64,000 nucleotides of DNA from an uncultured candidate division Zixibacteria bacterium (GCA_963806185.1 CAWDXE010000008.1:57639-121638), one strand, 5' to 3'. Positions 30,908 through 43,028 are shown, counted from the stretch's first letter. Numbers and translations: made by a program. The notes: a model not told the origin generated them from the sequence alone.

Positions 30908-33166
30908 TTACTTGCGCAACTTCGTCTGCGCGTCCACCACCGCGATTGCCGTCATGTCGACAATCTCGTTGACGTCGAGCGTGGTATGCAGCACGTGCAG
31001 CGGCCGCGAAAGGCCCATAAGAATCGGCCCCACCGCCATTAAGCCGCCGATCCGCTGCGCCATCTTGTAGCAGATGTTGGCCGCATTCAGATCGGGGAAC
31101 ACGAACACGTTGGCCGGCTCCTGAAGACTGCTGAAGGGGAAATACTTCTTGATATAATCCGGCATGACGGCCGTATCCATCTGCATTTCTCCCTCGACCA
31201 CCAGGTTCGGCGCCTTGCGCTTGATGATCTCCGTCGCCTTGGCCACCTTGCTCGACTCCGGATACGGCGCGCTCCCGAAATTCGAGAACGACAGCATCGC
31301 GACTCTCGGCTCAATATTGAAGCTGCGTGCCACGCGCGACGCACACAGGGCGATCTCCGCCAGCTCTTCCGCCGTCGGATCGACATTCACCGTCGTATCG
31401 GCAAACATGTACACCTGATCCTTTTGAATCATGGCGAACAATCCGGACACCCGCGTCACGCCTTCTTCGAGCGGAATGATCTGCAGCGCCGGACGAATCA
31501 CTGTCGGATATTCCGACGATACGCCGGACAATACCGCGTCGCAATCCCCCTGGTCGAGCATCATCACTCCGTAGTAATACCGGTCGTTCACCGTCCAGTA
31601 CGCCTTGTCGTAGGTCATCCCCTTGCGCGCACGAATCTCATGCAGCCGCTTGGCGTAGGCCTCGCGCTTCGGCGACGTGACCGGATCGATGATCTCAAGA
31701 CCGTCAATGTCAATCTCGTTCGCCGTCGCCACCTTGCGGATTTCTGCCGGATCGCCCAGCACGGTCGGCTTCGCCAACCCTTGCTCGGCCACCATATTTG
31801 CGGCCCGCAAAATACGGGTCGACGTCCCTTCCGGATAGACCACCCGCTTCGGATCCTTGCGCGCCTTGTCGGTCATGACGCTCATGATGATGCGTCCCTT
31901 GCCGATCCGCTTCGACAACTGCTCGCGATACTCTTCGATATCCACCTTTATCTGCGCCACACCCGTCCGGATTGCGGCCTCGGCCACCGCCGATGCTTCC
32001 CACACCAGAATGCGCGGATCAAACGGCTTCGGAATGATATATTCGCGACCGAACTTGAAGTACTCTACGCCGTACGCCCGGGCTACTTCGTCCGGTACGT
32101 CCTGCTTGGCCAGATCGGCCAGCGCCTTGACGGCGGCCTTCTTCATCTCTTCGTTGATCGCCGTCGCCTGTACGTCCAGCGCGCCGCGGAAAATGAACGG
32201 GAATCCGAGCACGTTGTTCACCTGGTTCGGATAGTCCGAACGGCCCGTCGCCATAATCAGGTCCTTGCGAACCGACATCGCCAGCGGATAGTCAATTTCC
32301 GGATCCGGATTCGCCATCGCAAAAATAATCGGATCCTTCGCCATCGACTTCACCATCGCCGGCGTCACCTGGTCCTTCACCGACACCCCGACAAACAGAT
32401 CGGCATCCTTCATCGCCTCTTCCAGCGTGTGCATCGACGTCTTGCGGACAAACTCAGCCTTGTACTGGTTGAACTTGTCGCCACGTCCCTCATACATCAC
32501 ACCCTTCGAGTCGACCATCACCAGGTTCTCATGCTTCACACCCAGTGAACAATACAGCTTCGCACAGGCAATCCCCGCCGCGCCGGCGCCGGAAAATACC
32601 ACGCGAACCTTATCAATATCCTTTTTCACCAGTTCCAGCGCGTTCAACAGCGCCGCACCCGAGATGATCGCCGTCCCGTGCTGATCGTCGTGAAACACCG
32701 GAATCTTCATCGTCTTCTTCAGTGTCTCTTCGATGTAGAAACACTCCGGAGCTTTGATATCCTCAAGATTGATCCCGCCAAAGGTCGGCTCCAGAAGCTG
32801 GCACGCCCGGATGATCTCATCCGCGTTCTCCGTGTCCAGCTCAATATCAAACACGTCGATATCAGCGAATCTTTTGAAAAGAACTCCCTTTCCTTCCATT
32901 ACCGGTTTCCCGGCCAGCGCTCCAATATTCCCCAGTCCCAGCACCGCGGTACCGTTGGACACGACCGCTACCAGATTCCCCTTGGCTGTGTAACGATAAA
33001 CATCCGACGGATTGGCCGCGATTTCCAGACAGGGCTGGGCCACACCCGGCGTGTACGCCAACGACAAATCCAGCTGGGTCGTGCACGGTTTGGTCGGAGT
33101 GACCTCGATCTTCCCTCGCTTGCCTTTAAAATGATAGTCGAGAGCCTGTTGTTTGGTAATCAGCAT
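30908..33166 (-). CDS. maeB: NADP-dependent malic enzyme with C-terminal PTA-like domain
   Basis: [45 protein letters not shown]-like [11 protein letters not shown]. Confidence 0.97.
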   Translation of the reverse strand: MLITKQQALDYHFKGKRGKIEVTPTKPCTTQLDLSLAYTPGVAQPCLEIAANPSDVYRYTAKGNLVAVVSNGTAVLGLGNIGALAGKPVMEGKGVLFKRFADIDVFDIELDTENADEIIRACQLLEPTFGGINLEDIKAPECFYIEETLKKTMKIPVFHDDQHGTAIISGAALLNALELVKKDIDKVRVVFSGAGAAGIACAKLYCSLGVKHENLVMVDSKGVMYEGRGDKFNQYKAEFVRKTSMHTLEEAMKDADLFVGVSVKDQVTPAMVKSMAKDPIIFAMANPDPEIDYPLAMSVRKDLIMATGRSDYPNQVNNVLGFPFIFRGALDVQATAINEEMKKAAVKALADLAKQDVPDEVARAYGVEYFKFGREYIIPKPFDPRILVWEASAVAEAAIRTGVAQIKVDIEEYREQLSKRIGKGRIIMSVMTDKARKDPKRVVYPEGTSTRILRAANMVAEQGLAKPTVLGDPAEIRKVATANEIDIDGLEIIDPVTSPKREAYAKRLHEIRARKGMTYDKAYWTVNDRYYYGVMMLDQGDCDAVLSGVSSEYPTVIRPALQIIPLEEGVTRVSGLFAMIQKDQVYMFADTTVNVDPTAEELAEIALCASRVARSFNIEPRVAMLSFSNFGSAPYPESSKVAKATEIIKRKAPNLVVEGEMQMDTAVMPDYIKKYFPFSSLQEPANVFVFPDLNAANICYKMAQRIGGLMAVGPILMGLSRPLHVLHTTLDVNEIVDMTAIAVVDAQTKLRK

Positions 33167-33389
33167 AAAATTTCTCCGCTATAATACCCGCAGACAGGTT
33201 GGTTATTTTTTTCACAAAGACGAATTAATGACCCACTTTCGTCCCCGTCAAGCTCATTATGCATTCTCTTTTTGTTCCAATTGGTCCTGCAATCTGATCC
33301 CGCTCTCATTTTCCCTTGTCTGAGAACATCTTCGTAAGCACTTACGTATAAAATATGGCACCGGTTGACCGAACCTTGTATACTGAAAT

Positions 33390-34370
33390 ATGCCGTCAAA
33401 TGATCTTTTAACACAGTTGGGGCCATTGGCTTTTGCGACCCGCCTGCGTCGCCTCGCCGATCGCCTTTCGCGCGATGTCTCGCACGTGTACGAACAGCTC
33501 GACGTCATCTTTGAGGCCCGCTGGTTCGCCGTCCTTTATCTCCTGCACCAGGAATCGCCCCTCCCGCTTACCACCGTCGCCCATCGCCTGGGCCTCACCC
33601 ATCCGGCCATCAACCAGGTGGCTGCCGAAATGACCAAGGCCGGTCTTCTTCTCTCCGGCCGGGATCGGGCCGACAGCCGCAAACGACTCCTCCGCCTGAG
33701 CAAAAAGGGAATGTCCGTCGCTGTCACACTTCAGCCCGTGTGGAAAGACGTTGCCGACGCTACCGAGGATTTGCTTACTCGGCACGCCGGAACACTTATG
33801 ATCCAGATCGATGCTATCGAGCGCGCTCTCGACGATCTCGAAATGTTCGACCGGGTCATGAACCGAATTCGCGATCGGCTGATGGCCTCAGTCGAAATCC
33901 TCCCCTTCGCGCCCAGATATCAGCCGCACTTCAAATCGTTAAATCACGCTTGGCTCGAAAAACATTTCACGGTTGAGAAATCTGACGAGGAGATGCTGTC
34001 AAAACCGGCTTCCGCTATCATTGACAGGGGTGGCATCGTCTTCTTCGCCCGCATCGACAACCAGATTGTCGGCTGTATCGCCATGCTGCGCCACGATGCC
34101 ACCACTTTCGAACTGGCCAAACTAGCCGTCTCACCAGAAGCGCAGGGCAAACAAGTTGGTCGCAAGCTCTGCCTCGAAGGCATTAAGTGGGCCCAATCGC
34201 AGGGCGCCGTCACGATCATCCTCCACACCAGTCCGAAATTAACCGCCGCCATTCAACTATACGAATCACTGGGCTTTATTCGCTCCGCTGACCCTCCGGC
34301 CGCCCCGCACCGTCACCAGCGCGAGACCTTCATGATGATTCGCTCGCTTCACAATCCTGTCACTGCATAA
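33390..34370 (+). CDS. MarR-family HTH + GNAT acetyltransferase fusion
   Basis: ATRLRRL...LTHPAINQVA...DSRKRLLRLS; ELAKLAVSPEAQGKQVG, AIQLYESLGF. Confidence 0.92.
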   Translation: MPSNDLLTQLGPLAFATRLRRLADRLSRDVSHVYEQLDVIFEARWFAVLYLLHQESPLPLTTVAHRLGLTHPAINQVAAEMTKAGLLLSGRDRADSRKRLLRLSKKGMSVAVTLQPVWKDVADATEDLLTRHAGTLMIQIDAIERALDDLEMFDRVMNRIRDRLMASVEILPFAPRYQPHFKSLNHAWLEKHFTVEKSDEEMLSKPASAIIDRGGIVFFARIDNQIVGCIAMLRHDATTFELAKLAVSPEAQGKQVGRKLCLEGIKWAQSQGAVTIILHTSPKLTAAIQLYESLGFIRSADPPAAPHRHQRETFMMIRSLHNPVTA

Positions 34371-34380
34371 GGGGTGATGT

Positions 34381-35721
34381 ATGTCTTCCCGTTACATCGG
34401 CTTGATCCTGGCGGTCCTCATCAGTATGAGCCTGCTTCTGTCCACTGCCTCGGCGCAACAATCGGCCCAAATGAACATCAACGGCAAGCAGCGCGCTGTC
34501 ATTGTCGATTCCGTTGCTCTCGCTATCGAAAGCACCTACGTCTTCCCCGATAAGGGGAAAGCCATGGCCCAGCTCATCCGCCAGAATCAGAAGAAGAAGG
34601 CATACGACACGATCTCCACTCTTGGCAGCTTCGCTTTCGCCCTGACTACCGATCTTCGCTCCGTGACGCACGACCTGCATATCGGAGTCCGGCCTATCCC
34701 TCCCGATGCTCCGTCGTCTCGCCCCGACGACACTCTCACGGACGATTTGAAACAACAGGTTATCGCCAGTGAGAGAAAAGCGAACTTCGGCTTCCAAAAA
34801 GTCGAAATCCTCGATGGCAACATCGGCTATGTCGACATGCGCTCTTTCTGCGAGGCTGAATGGGCCGGCCCGACGGCTATCGCCGCTATGAATTTCGTCG
34901 CCAACACTAATGCCGTCATCTTTGACATGCGCTACAACGGCGGCGGCGATCCTTCAATGTGCCAGCTTCTCATGAGCTACTTTCTCGACAAGCCGACTCA
35001 CATCAATTCCTTCTACGAGCGCCGCCTCGACAGCCTGCGCGAATTCTGGACCTACGCCGATGTTTCGGGCCCGCGTATGACCAATACGCCGGTGTATATC
35101 CTTACCAGTAACCGAACCTTCTCGTGCGCCGAGGAATTCTCGTACGACTTCCAGTCCATCAAGCGCGGCACCGTTGTAGGCGAGACCACCGGCGGCGGCG
35201 CTCATCCGGTGGCATCGTGGGACTTCGCCGACTTGCATCTTGAAGTCCGTGTACCGTACGGACGCGCGATCAATCCCGTCACCAAAACCAACTGGGAAGG
35301 CGTGGGCGTCAAACCGGACATTGAATCATCGGCTGAGGCAGCTCTCAGCGTGGCTCACGTGAAGGCGCTCGAAGAAGCATTGTCGAAGACTACCGACGAG
35401 GCGACCAGGAGCGAACTGTCCTGGGCCCTCGACAACTTGAAATCACAATACAATCCGGTTGTTCTGAACGAAACGGAGTTGACCGTGTATGCCGGCACGT
35501 ATGGCCCGCGTACGATCAGTGTCGTGAATGGCGTTTTGCAGAGCCGCCGCCCCGGCGGCCCGGTTGTCGTCCTCCTGCCAATGGGAGCCGACCTGTTCCG
35601 CGCTACTCAAGGCCCTGATCTACGTATGAAATTTGTCCGCGACGGTTTCGGAAAGATCGCCGAGGTCCAGTTACTCACACCCGAGGGCATGATCGATCGC
35701 GCCCCCAGACAGCCTAACTGA
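34381..35721 (+). CDS. S41 family peptidase (IRBP-like), secreted
   Basis: Signal peptide; NIGYVDM, DMRYNGGGDP, TFSCAEEF, VGETTGGGAHP, WEGVGVKPD. Confidence 0.92.
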   Translation: MSSRYIGLILAVLISMSLLLSTASAQQSAQMNINGKQRAVIVDSVALAIESTYVFPDKGKAMAQLIRQNQKKKAYDTISTLGSFAFALTTDLRSVTHDLHIGVRPIPPDAPSSRPDDTLTDDLKQQVIASERKANFGFQKVEILDGNIGYVDMRSFCEAEWAGPTAIAAMNFVANTNAVIFDMRYNGGGDPSMCQLLMSYFLDKPTHINSFYERRLDSLREFWTYADVSGPRMTNTPVYILTSNRTFSCAEEFSYDFQSIKRGTVVGETTGGGAHPVASWDFADLHLEVRVPYGRAINPVTKTNWEGVGVKPDIESSAEAALSVAHVKALEEALSKTTDEATRSELSWALDNLKSQYNPVVLNETELTVYAGTYGPRTISVVNGVLQSRRPGGPVVVLLPMGADLFRATQGPDLRMKFVRDGFGKIAEVQLLTPEGMIDRAPRQPN

Positions 35722-35746
35722 TAGACCCGTTGATTAAATCCTGATA

Positions 35747-36046
35747 TGCGTGGCGTACGTCCCGTGCGTTTCCCAATGTGCGTGGCGTACGTCCCGTGCG
35801 CCACGCGAATCCCCTTCTTCCCGCCCCATCATGCCGACCAATCATGTGCCGTCAGACCCCCGTGCCTGACGGCAAGTGGGGCTGTCGTAGGTCAGGATCC
35901 CCGCTTCTTAGCGGGTGATCCTGACGTTCTATTTGAACGCAGCGCACTGCCTGTGACAAGTTGCCTCAAACCATGTGACACTTCACAGCGGCGCATGACC
36001 TGACACTCTTCTCTTTCCCCTCTCCCTCTGGGAGAGGGTGAGGGCC
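35747..36046 (+). repeat. REP-like mosaic
   Basis: Two gtggcgtacgtcccgtgcg units, a gtaggtcaggatccccgcttcttagcgggtgatcctgacg unit (35887-35926) and a ccctctccc..gggagaggg unit. Confidence 0.8.
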
Positions 36047-36229
36047 GACAGGGAAACAACCTCCGTTTACCGCCCCCAGAGCAGAATCTAAGCGCGCCGA
36101 CACTTGTGGTCGTACCCATCTTCGAACCAATACTCCCACAACTACTTATCATCCCCAATTGTCGGCTCCTCACAACAATCTTTACTCCCCCGTAAACTAT
36201 TAAACCAGAGGGATTTACTCTCGAACAAG

Positions 36230-36258
36230 TTGACATCAGCATCGATCTTAACTATACT
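36230..36258 (+). promoter_or_regulatory. Sigma70 promoter
   Basis: TTGACA-17 nt-TATACT. Confidence 0.8.
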
Positions 36259-36318
36259 TGCCCCTGTAAGTTGCGAACTACCCAGCGGAGAGGAAATTGG
36301 AGGCCGGAATGTCAACAT

Positions 36319-36336
36319 TTGTGAAATCTTTCTCAA
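36319..36336. promoter_or_regulatory. Rex-like operator
   Basis: TTGTGAA-ATCT-TTCTCAA, one mismatch to TTGTGAA-N4-TTCACAA. Confidence 0.6.
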
Positions 36337-36438
36337 GATTCCGACAATATTTGTCGACTTTCTCCACATCGGGCTTCGACTTCCTTCCCGACCGCCCTGA
36401 TCGCCCGATCGTCCGGTCGCGAGGCATATGAGGGTGTA

Positions 36439-36933
36439 ATGAGCAACGGTTACTATCTTTTGGCCCGGTTCACCAACTCCGAAAAATTGCTGCCGGCCGT
36501 CAAATTGCTCTCCGAAGTTTCCGGCATCATCCGGTGGGACGCTGTCGACGGCCAGCTTCATCTGGTGGTTCGTACGGATGACAATGTCCAGGCTTCCGTT
36601 GTCCGCTTCACGGCGCTCGACGAATACGCGCACATTAAGACGGCCCGCCTGCTTTCTGACGATCCCCGCAAGAATGTCAGTAACAACAGTACCCTGCGCG
36701 CCTATCTCTTCGTCGAAGTTGAGCCAAGATATCGTGAATCCGTCCACTTAGCCGTCGCGACCCTCCCCGGGATTCTCTCGTGTGCTGCCACCGAGGGCCC
36801 CTGCGATATCGTCGCCCTCATGACCGGCCCCACCCTCTCGGCGATCGACCGCGTCATCGAAGAACAAGTGCGCCCAATGGACGGCGTCTTGCGCGTCAAA
36901 CGGGATCGCGTCATCAACCTGGAACAGCTATAA
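36439..36933 (+). CDS. Lrp/AsnC ligand-binding-domain protein (tandem domains, no HTH seen)
   Basis: RAYLFVEVEP...ATEGPCDIVALM...IDRVIEEQVRPMDGV; similar N-terminal half. Confidence 0.7.
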   Translation: MSNGYYLLARFTNSEKLLPAVKLLSEVSGIIRWDAVDGQLHLVVRTDDNVQASVVRFTALDEYAHIKTARLLSDDPRKNVSNNSTLRAYLFVEVEPRYRESVHLAVATLPGILSCAATEGPCDIVALMTGPTLSAIDRVIEEQVRPMDGVLRVKRDRVINLEQL

Positions 36934-36942
36934 GGAACGACC

Positions 36943-37463
36943 ATGGCCGACCAACCCGCCGATCAGTTCAAACCGTTCAATGTCGACTTGTGGAAGCACG
37001 ACGGCCATGCCGGTGCGCTGATTCCGCTTCTGCAGTCAGCGCAGGATACCTACGGTTACGTATCGCGAAAAGGCGATTGACTATATCAGTCACGTCACCG
37101 GCATCCCGGCCGCCGACATCTACGGCGTGGTCACCTTCTACGCCCAGTTCCGCACCAAACCGCTCGGCAAAAATGTCATCAACATCTGCAACGGCACCGC
37201 CTGTCATGTCAACGGCGCAAAGATGGTGTACGACATCATTCAGGACGAACTGGACATTACATACGATGAAACCAGCGATGACGGCAACTTCTCCCTGCTC
37301 TCGGTCGCCTGCATCGGCTGCTGCTCGCTGGCTCCGGTGATCACCATCAACGCGAGACGTACGGCCGCCTCAACTCCGCCAAACTTCGCAAAGATCATTC
37401 GTGAGTTCAAGATGCGAGTCCGCAAGGCGGCCCAGAAGGAAACCGCCGGAGGTGTCCGAATGA
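36943..37463 (+). CDS. NuoE/HydC/BfuC-like [2Fe-2S] subunit (frameshifted)
   Basis: GALIPLLQSAQDTYGY, VVTFYAQFR, ICNGTACHVNG, VACIGCCSLAPV across frames; RBS AAGGA. Confidence 0.85.
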
Positions 37464-39224
37464 AGACAAGTCATTGTCGGTCTCGGTACCTGCGGCATTT
37501 CCGCCGGCGGCGAAAAAGTGTATCGCGCCTTTCAGGATGAATTGAAAGAGCACCCCGACGCCTTCGAGCTTCGCGAGACCGGCTGCATCGGTATGTGCTA
37601 CCGCGAAGTGCTCGTCGAAATCGGCAACGGCAACGGCGCCAATAACCTGTACGCCGAGGTCACTCCCGACCGTGTCGGGCGGATCGTCGATGAAGATATT
37701 CTCAACGACAAGCCGATCGCCGAATGGCTGGTGAATACCGACCCGCACGAAATGGGTTTCTTCGACAATCAGATCCGCATCGTTCTGCGCAACTGCGGCA
37801 AGATTGATCCCGGCTCAATCGACGAGTACATCGCTCACGGCGGCTATAGTGCGCTCTCGAAAAAGTCGCTACAGGAGATGACTCCGCAGATCGGTGATCG
37901 AACGAAGTGACTCTGTCCGGGCTGCGCGGACGCGGTGGCGCCGGATTCCCGACCGGCACCAAGTGGAAAATCACCGCCGGCGCTCCCGGACCAAAGAAAT
38001 ACATCGTCTGCAACGCCGACGAAGGCGATCCCGGCGCCTTCATGGATCGCTCGGTGCTCGAAAGCGATCCGCACGCCGTTCTCGAAGGGATGATCATCTG
38101 CGGCTTCGCCATCGGCGCCGACGAAGGATACATCTACTGCCGCGCCGAATATCCCAAGGCGATCGCTCGCCTCCGCCAGGCCATCGCCCAGGCCAAGAGC
38201 AAAGGACTTCTTGGTCGAACATTCTCGGCACTGATTTCAATTTCGAGATCAAAATCAAGGAAGGTGCCGGCGCCTTCGTCTGCGGCGAAGAAACCGCTCT
38301 CATCTTCTCGATCGAAGGCAGGCGCGGCATGCCCCGCTTCCGCCCACCGTATCCCGGCGATGTCCGGCCTCTGGGGCAAACCGACCAACATCAACAATGT
38401 CGAGACCTTCGCCAATATCCCCTGGATCATCCTCAACGGCGGCGCCGCCTACGCCGCCTATGGCACGCCCGACAGCAAGGGCACGAAAGTCTTCGCCATG
38501 GCCGGCAAGGTCAAGCGCACCGGCCTGGTCGAAGTCCCCATGGGGATGACGATCAATCAGATCGTATTCGATGTCTGCGGCGGCATTATCGACGACCGCA
38601 AATTCAAGGCCGTCCAGATGGGCGGACCATCCGGCGGCTGCATTCCCGCCCGCATGTGTGAGATCCCGATCGACTACCAGCAGATCAACCAGACCGGCGC
38701 CATCATGGGTTCCGGCGGCCTGATCGTCATGGACGACACCACCTGCATGGTCGATGTCGCCAAGTTCTTCCTTACCTTCACGCAGGCCGAATCCTGCGGC
38801 AAGTGCACGTTCTGCCGCATCGGCACCAAGCGGATGCTGGAGATTCTCGAACGGATCACCATGGGCCAGGGCACCATGGACGATCTGGACAACCTCGACG
38901 AACTGATCGAGCCAGATCAAGGCCGCCTCGCTCTGCGGACTCGGGCAGTCAGCTCCCAATCCGGTGCTGACGACGCTGAAATACTTCCGCGAGGAGTATG
39001 TCGCCCACATCATGGACAAGAAATGCCCGGCTCACGTCTGCGCTCCGCTCTTGACCTACACGATCAACGACGCCTGCACCGGCTGCGTCGTCTGCGCCCG
39101 GGCCTGTCCGACCGAAGCCATCATCGGCGAAAAGAAAATGAAACATGTGATTGATCAGGACAAGTGCATCAAGTGCGGAAAATGCTTCACCGTCTGTCGC
39201 TTCGATGCGGTGGTGAAGGAGTAA
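37460..39224 (+). CDS. NuoF/HydB/BfuB-like FMN/NADH-binding subunit (multiple frameshifts)
   Basis: [10 protein letters not shown] and TGCIGMCY (N-terminal 2Fe-2S), [50 protein letters not shown]-terminal 2x[4Fe-4S]. Confidence 0.9.
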
Positions 39225-39227
39225 GCC

Positions 39228-42200
39228 ATGGCCAATGGTTACACTTACGATAAATGGCGCCGCGGTCACCGCCTCACCTGACAAGACCATTCTGCAGGTC
39301 TGCAAAGATCAGAAGATCGACAACATTCCGACTCTCTGCTACGACGAAAAACTCCCGCCGTTCGGCTCCTGCTTCCTCTGTGTCGTCGAACTCGAGGGTC
39401 AGAGCCGGCTCTTCCCCGCCTGCTCGACCAAAGTCAACGAGGGGATGAAGATTCACACCCGCTCCGAGAAAGTGTGCGCGCCCGCAAGACCTGCCTTGAA
39501 CTGCTGCTGTCCGATCACTACGCCGACTGCTTCGGCCCGTGCCGGTTGAAATGCCCGGCCGATGTCGACATCCAGGGGTACATGTCGCTGATCAATCTCG
39601 GGCAAATTCAAAGAAGCGGTCGCCTTCATCAAAGAAAAGAACCCGCTGCCGTCTGTGTGCGGACGCGTCTGCACGCGCAAGTGCGAGATCAACTGCCGCC
39701 GCATTCGCTGGTCGATGCGCCGGTCGGCATCGACTTCCTCAAACGGTATGCCGCCGACCAGGACATGATCGGCCAGATGTGGCAGCCTGAGACGAAGCCG
39801 GACAACGGCATCCCGGTCGCGATCATCGGCGCCGGCCCGGCCGGCCTCACCTGCGCTTACTATCTGGTCATCGAAGGTTATCGCCCGACCATCTTCGAAT
39901 CGCTGCCCGACCCCGGCGGCATGCTTCGCTACGGCATTCCGGAATATCGACTGCCCAAAGATGTCCTCGACAAGGAAATCAACTGGATCACTCGATCTCG
40001 GCGTTGAACTGCACACCAACAAGACGCTCGGCAAAGACTTCACGATGGACGATCTGTTCAAGCAGGGCTATCAAAGCCGTCTTCGTCGGCCTCGGCGCGC
40101 AGATCGGCAAACCGATGCAGGTCGAAAACGAAGACGTCGCCGGCGTCCTCTCCGGTGTCGAGTTCCTCCGGCAGGTCGAGCTGAAGACCAATCCGCAAAT
40201 CGGCGGCCGTGTAGTTGTCGTCGGCGGCGGTAATACCGCGATCGACGCCGCCCGCACTTCGCTGCGCCTCGGCGCCGACGAAGTCATTCTGCTCTATCGC
40301 CGCACTCGCAAGGAAATGCCGGCGAACGAAGTGGAAATCGTCGCCGCCGAACACGAAGGCGTCAAGATGGAATTTCTCGCCGCCCCGGTTCGCGTTCAAT
40401 GTCGAAAACGACCGCGTGTTCCGAAATCGAATGCATCCGCATGGAACTGGGCGAACCGGATTCCTCCGGCCGCCGCCGCCCGGTTGAGCAGAAAGGCTCA
40501 GAATACACGCTCACCGTCGACTGGGTCATCTCCGCCATCGGCCAGGAACCGGATCTCACCGGCGTCGACAACGACGGCAACGGCAGCATCAAAGTCACCA
40601 AGTGGAAGACGATCGAGGCCCACAAAGGCACCTTCGATACTGACCGTCCCGGGCGTCTTCTCCGGCGGCGACGTGGTCACCGGCCCGGCCGACGCTATCG
40701 ACGCTATCGCCGCCGGCCGCATGGCCGCTCGCGCTATCGATAAGTATATTCAGACCGGCATCGTCGAACCGTTCACCGATCGATTCGAAAGCAAGCGCGA
40801 CAACTTCCACAAGATGACCCGCAGCGATATCCCGCAGGTCGAGCCGAGTGAACGACACTCACCTGCCGGAGCGCTCGGTCATGGAACGCATCCACACCTT
40901 TGACGAAGTCGAACTTGGCTACGACGACCAGTCCGCCCATAGCGAAGCGCTCCGCTGCGCCGAGTGCGGCTGCGATGTCGGCCTCGCCGTGCATCTTGCA
41001 GGATTACTGCACCGAGTACGGCGTCGATCAGAAACGCTTTGTCGGCGAGTTCAACCGGTACAAAGTCGATACTCGCCACCCGTACATCAAAATCGATTCC
41101 AACAAGTGCATCCGCTGCGGACGGTGCGTCAATACCTGCGCGGAAATACTGAATGTCTCGGCGCTTGGGCTTTGTCAATCGCGGTTTTCGCACGATCGTC
41201 AAACCGGCCATGGAAAAGGCGCTTCACGAAACCAACTGCGTCTCGTGCGGCAATTGTATCGACGTCTGCCCCACCGGCGCGCTCGTCGAGAAGATGCCGT
41301 TCCGCCGCTCCGGCCCGTGGAAGATGGATTCGCACTTCAGCGTCTGCAACTACTGTTCGGTCGGCTGCAATATCACGCTCAAGGTCAAGACCCCCGATAT
41401 CTTCTTTGTCACCGGCGCGCCGCTCGATCTCGGACCCAACCGTGGGGAGCTCTGCGTCAAAGGACGCTTCGGCTATCAGCAGTATCTCGACGGCACCCGT
41501 CTCACCAAACCGATGGTCCGCAAAGGGGGCAAGCTGGTCGAGACGACGCTGGGACGAAGCCATCGCGGCCGCCGGCGAAGGGTCTGAAGAATATCCGCGA
41601 CACACACTCCGCCGACCACCTGATGGTCTCCGCTTCGCCCAAACTATCCGACGAAGAACTATATCTCGCCGGCCGCCTCGGCCGCGCCGCGCTCGGCACC
41701 AACAATATCTGCGTCGTTCCACCATCTGGTGAACGAGGCCGACTACCACGCGCTCGATGAGATGCTCGGCAGCACCGCTCGCCACTGCCACCGAGAATGA
41801 TGTCGCCGACGCCGATCTGTATATTTTCCTCGGCGGCAATCCCACCTATCGACAATCCGGTTCTCGGCTGGCAGATGAAACGTCGCATGCGTCACGGCGC
41901 ACAGGCGATCGTCATCAACTCCGCCGAAATCGATCTGGTGCAGTATGCCTCGGTCTGGGCCGACGCCCGACGCGGCACTGCCACGCTCCTGCTCAACGGC
42001 GTCATGGCCGAGCTGCTTCGCCGCAATTCGATCGACGAGTCATTCATCGCTTCCCGGACAACCAACTTCGAACAGGTCAAAGCAGCACCTGCTCAAGATC
42101 GATCTCAATGAAGTCGCTTCCGTCACCGGTGTCGAACCGACAATCATTGCGCGAATGGCCGATCTGCTGACCGACCGCTCGAAAAAGATCGTCGCTTGGT

Positions 42201-42975
42201 ACAACCTCGACAGCCGCATCGACCGCAGCTCCGGCGACCTGCAGGCCCTCGCGACGCTCATGTTGATGCTCGGCAAAATCGGCACTCCCGGTTCCGGCCT
42301 TGCGATCACTTCCTCGCAGACAAATCACACCGGCCTGATGCTCTCCGGTTTCAGCAACCGCCTCCTCCCCGGTGGCGCCTCGATCAAGGACAGCGCCCGC
42401 GTCCATCAGGTCGGCGCGATGTGGCGCACGAATCTAAGTGAAGTGATCGCCCGCTCCGGAGTCCACCTCAGCCGCAAACTGCGCAGCGATGGCATCCGCG
42501 GTGCCCTCGTCATCGGTGAGAATCCTGCCGCCGATCCCAACTACAACGCTTGGGCCAACGCCCTCGAATTCCTGGTCGTCGCGGACATCTTCGATACCGA
42601 AACCGTGCAGATGGCCGACGTTTTTCTGCCGCTGGCCACCTTCCTCGAAACCAATGGTCATGTCACCAATTGGGCCGGCGCACGACAAGCTATCGCATCC
42701 GATCGGCGAACCAAAAAGTGGGCAGTCCGGTTCCGATCTGCTCATGCGCCTTTGTCACGAACTTGGCCACGAACTGTCGGCCAAGAGTCACGACGAGCTG
42801 GCCGCAGAACTCGAATTCGTATTGCGCTATCGTGCCTCTGGCTTCGCGACTGCTGACGGCAAGGTCGCACTTCCTCCTTTACTCCCACCACGTGCAGTCG
42901 GTGTCGGCTCGGGTACCAACTGTTCTCGTTCTCGATGCCAGGATGCAAGAGCGTATGAAACTCATCCGAGCCTGA
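39228..42975 (+). CDS. Large Fe-S flavoprotein: 2Fe-2S + GltD/Nfn-like FAD/NADPH domain + NuoG/FdhA-like domain (many frameshifts)
   Basis: IPTLCY..GSCFLCVV, CFGPCRLKCP, IIGAGPAG, GGMLRYGIPEYRLP, VGGGNTAID, DSNKCIRCGRCV, CVSCGNCIDVCPTG, CNYCSVGC...LCVKGRFG, ADVFLP; stop TGA at 42975. Confidence 0.85.
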
Positions 42976-42993
42976 CGGAGAAAATTCTGATAT

Positions 42994-43028
42994 TTTGATT
43001 TGCGGGGGTGACAGCCCCCGCAAATCCA
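42994..43028 (+). terminator. Hairpin/terminator after the oxidoreductase operon
   Basis: gatttgcggggg-tgacag-cccccgcaaatc. Confidence 0.7.

Noticed and set aside
36288..36340. Glycine riboswitch (GGAGAG...GCCG...AATCTTTC resemblance)
   Set aside because: The core CCGAAG and CUCAGG motifs are absent and there is no second aptamer. An Rfam search would settle it.
39228..42975. Selenocysteine formate dehydrogenase or programmed frameshifting
   Set aside because: No in-frame TGA or Cys at the expected Mo-ligand position in the reconstruction, and the shifts are too many and lack slippery-site context.
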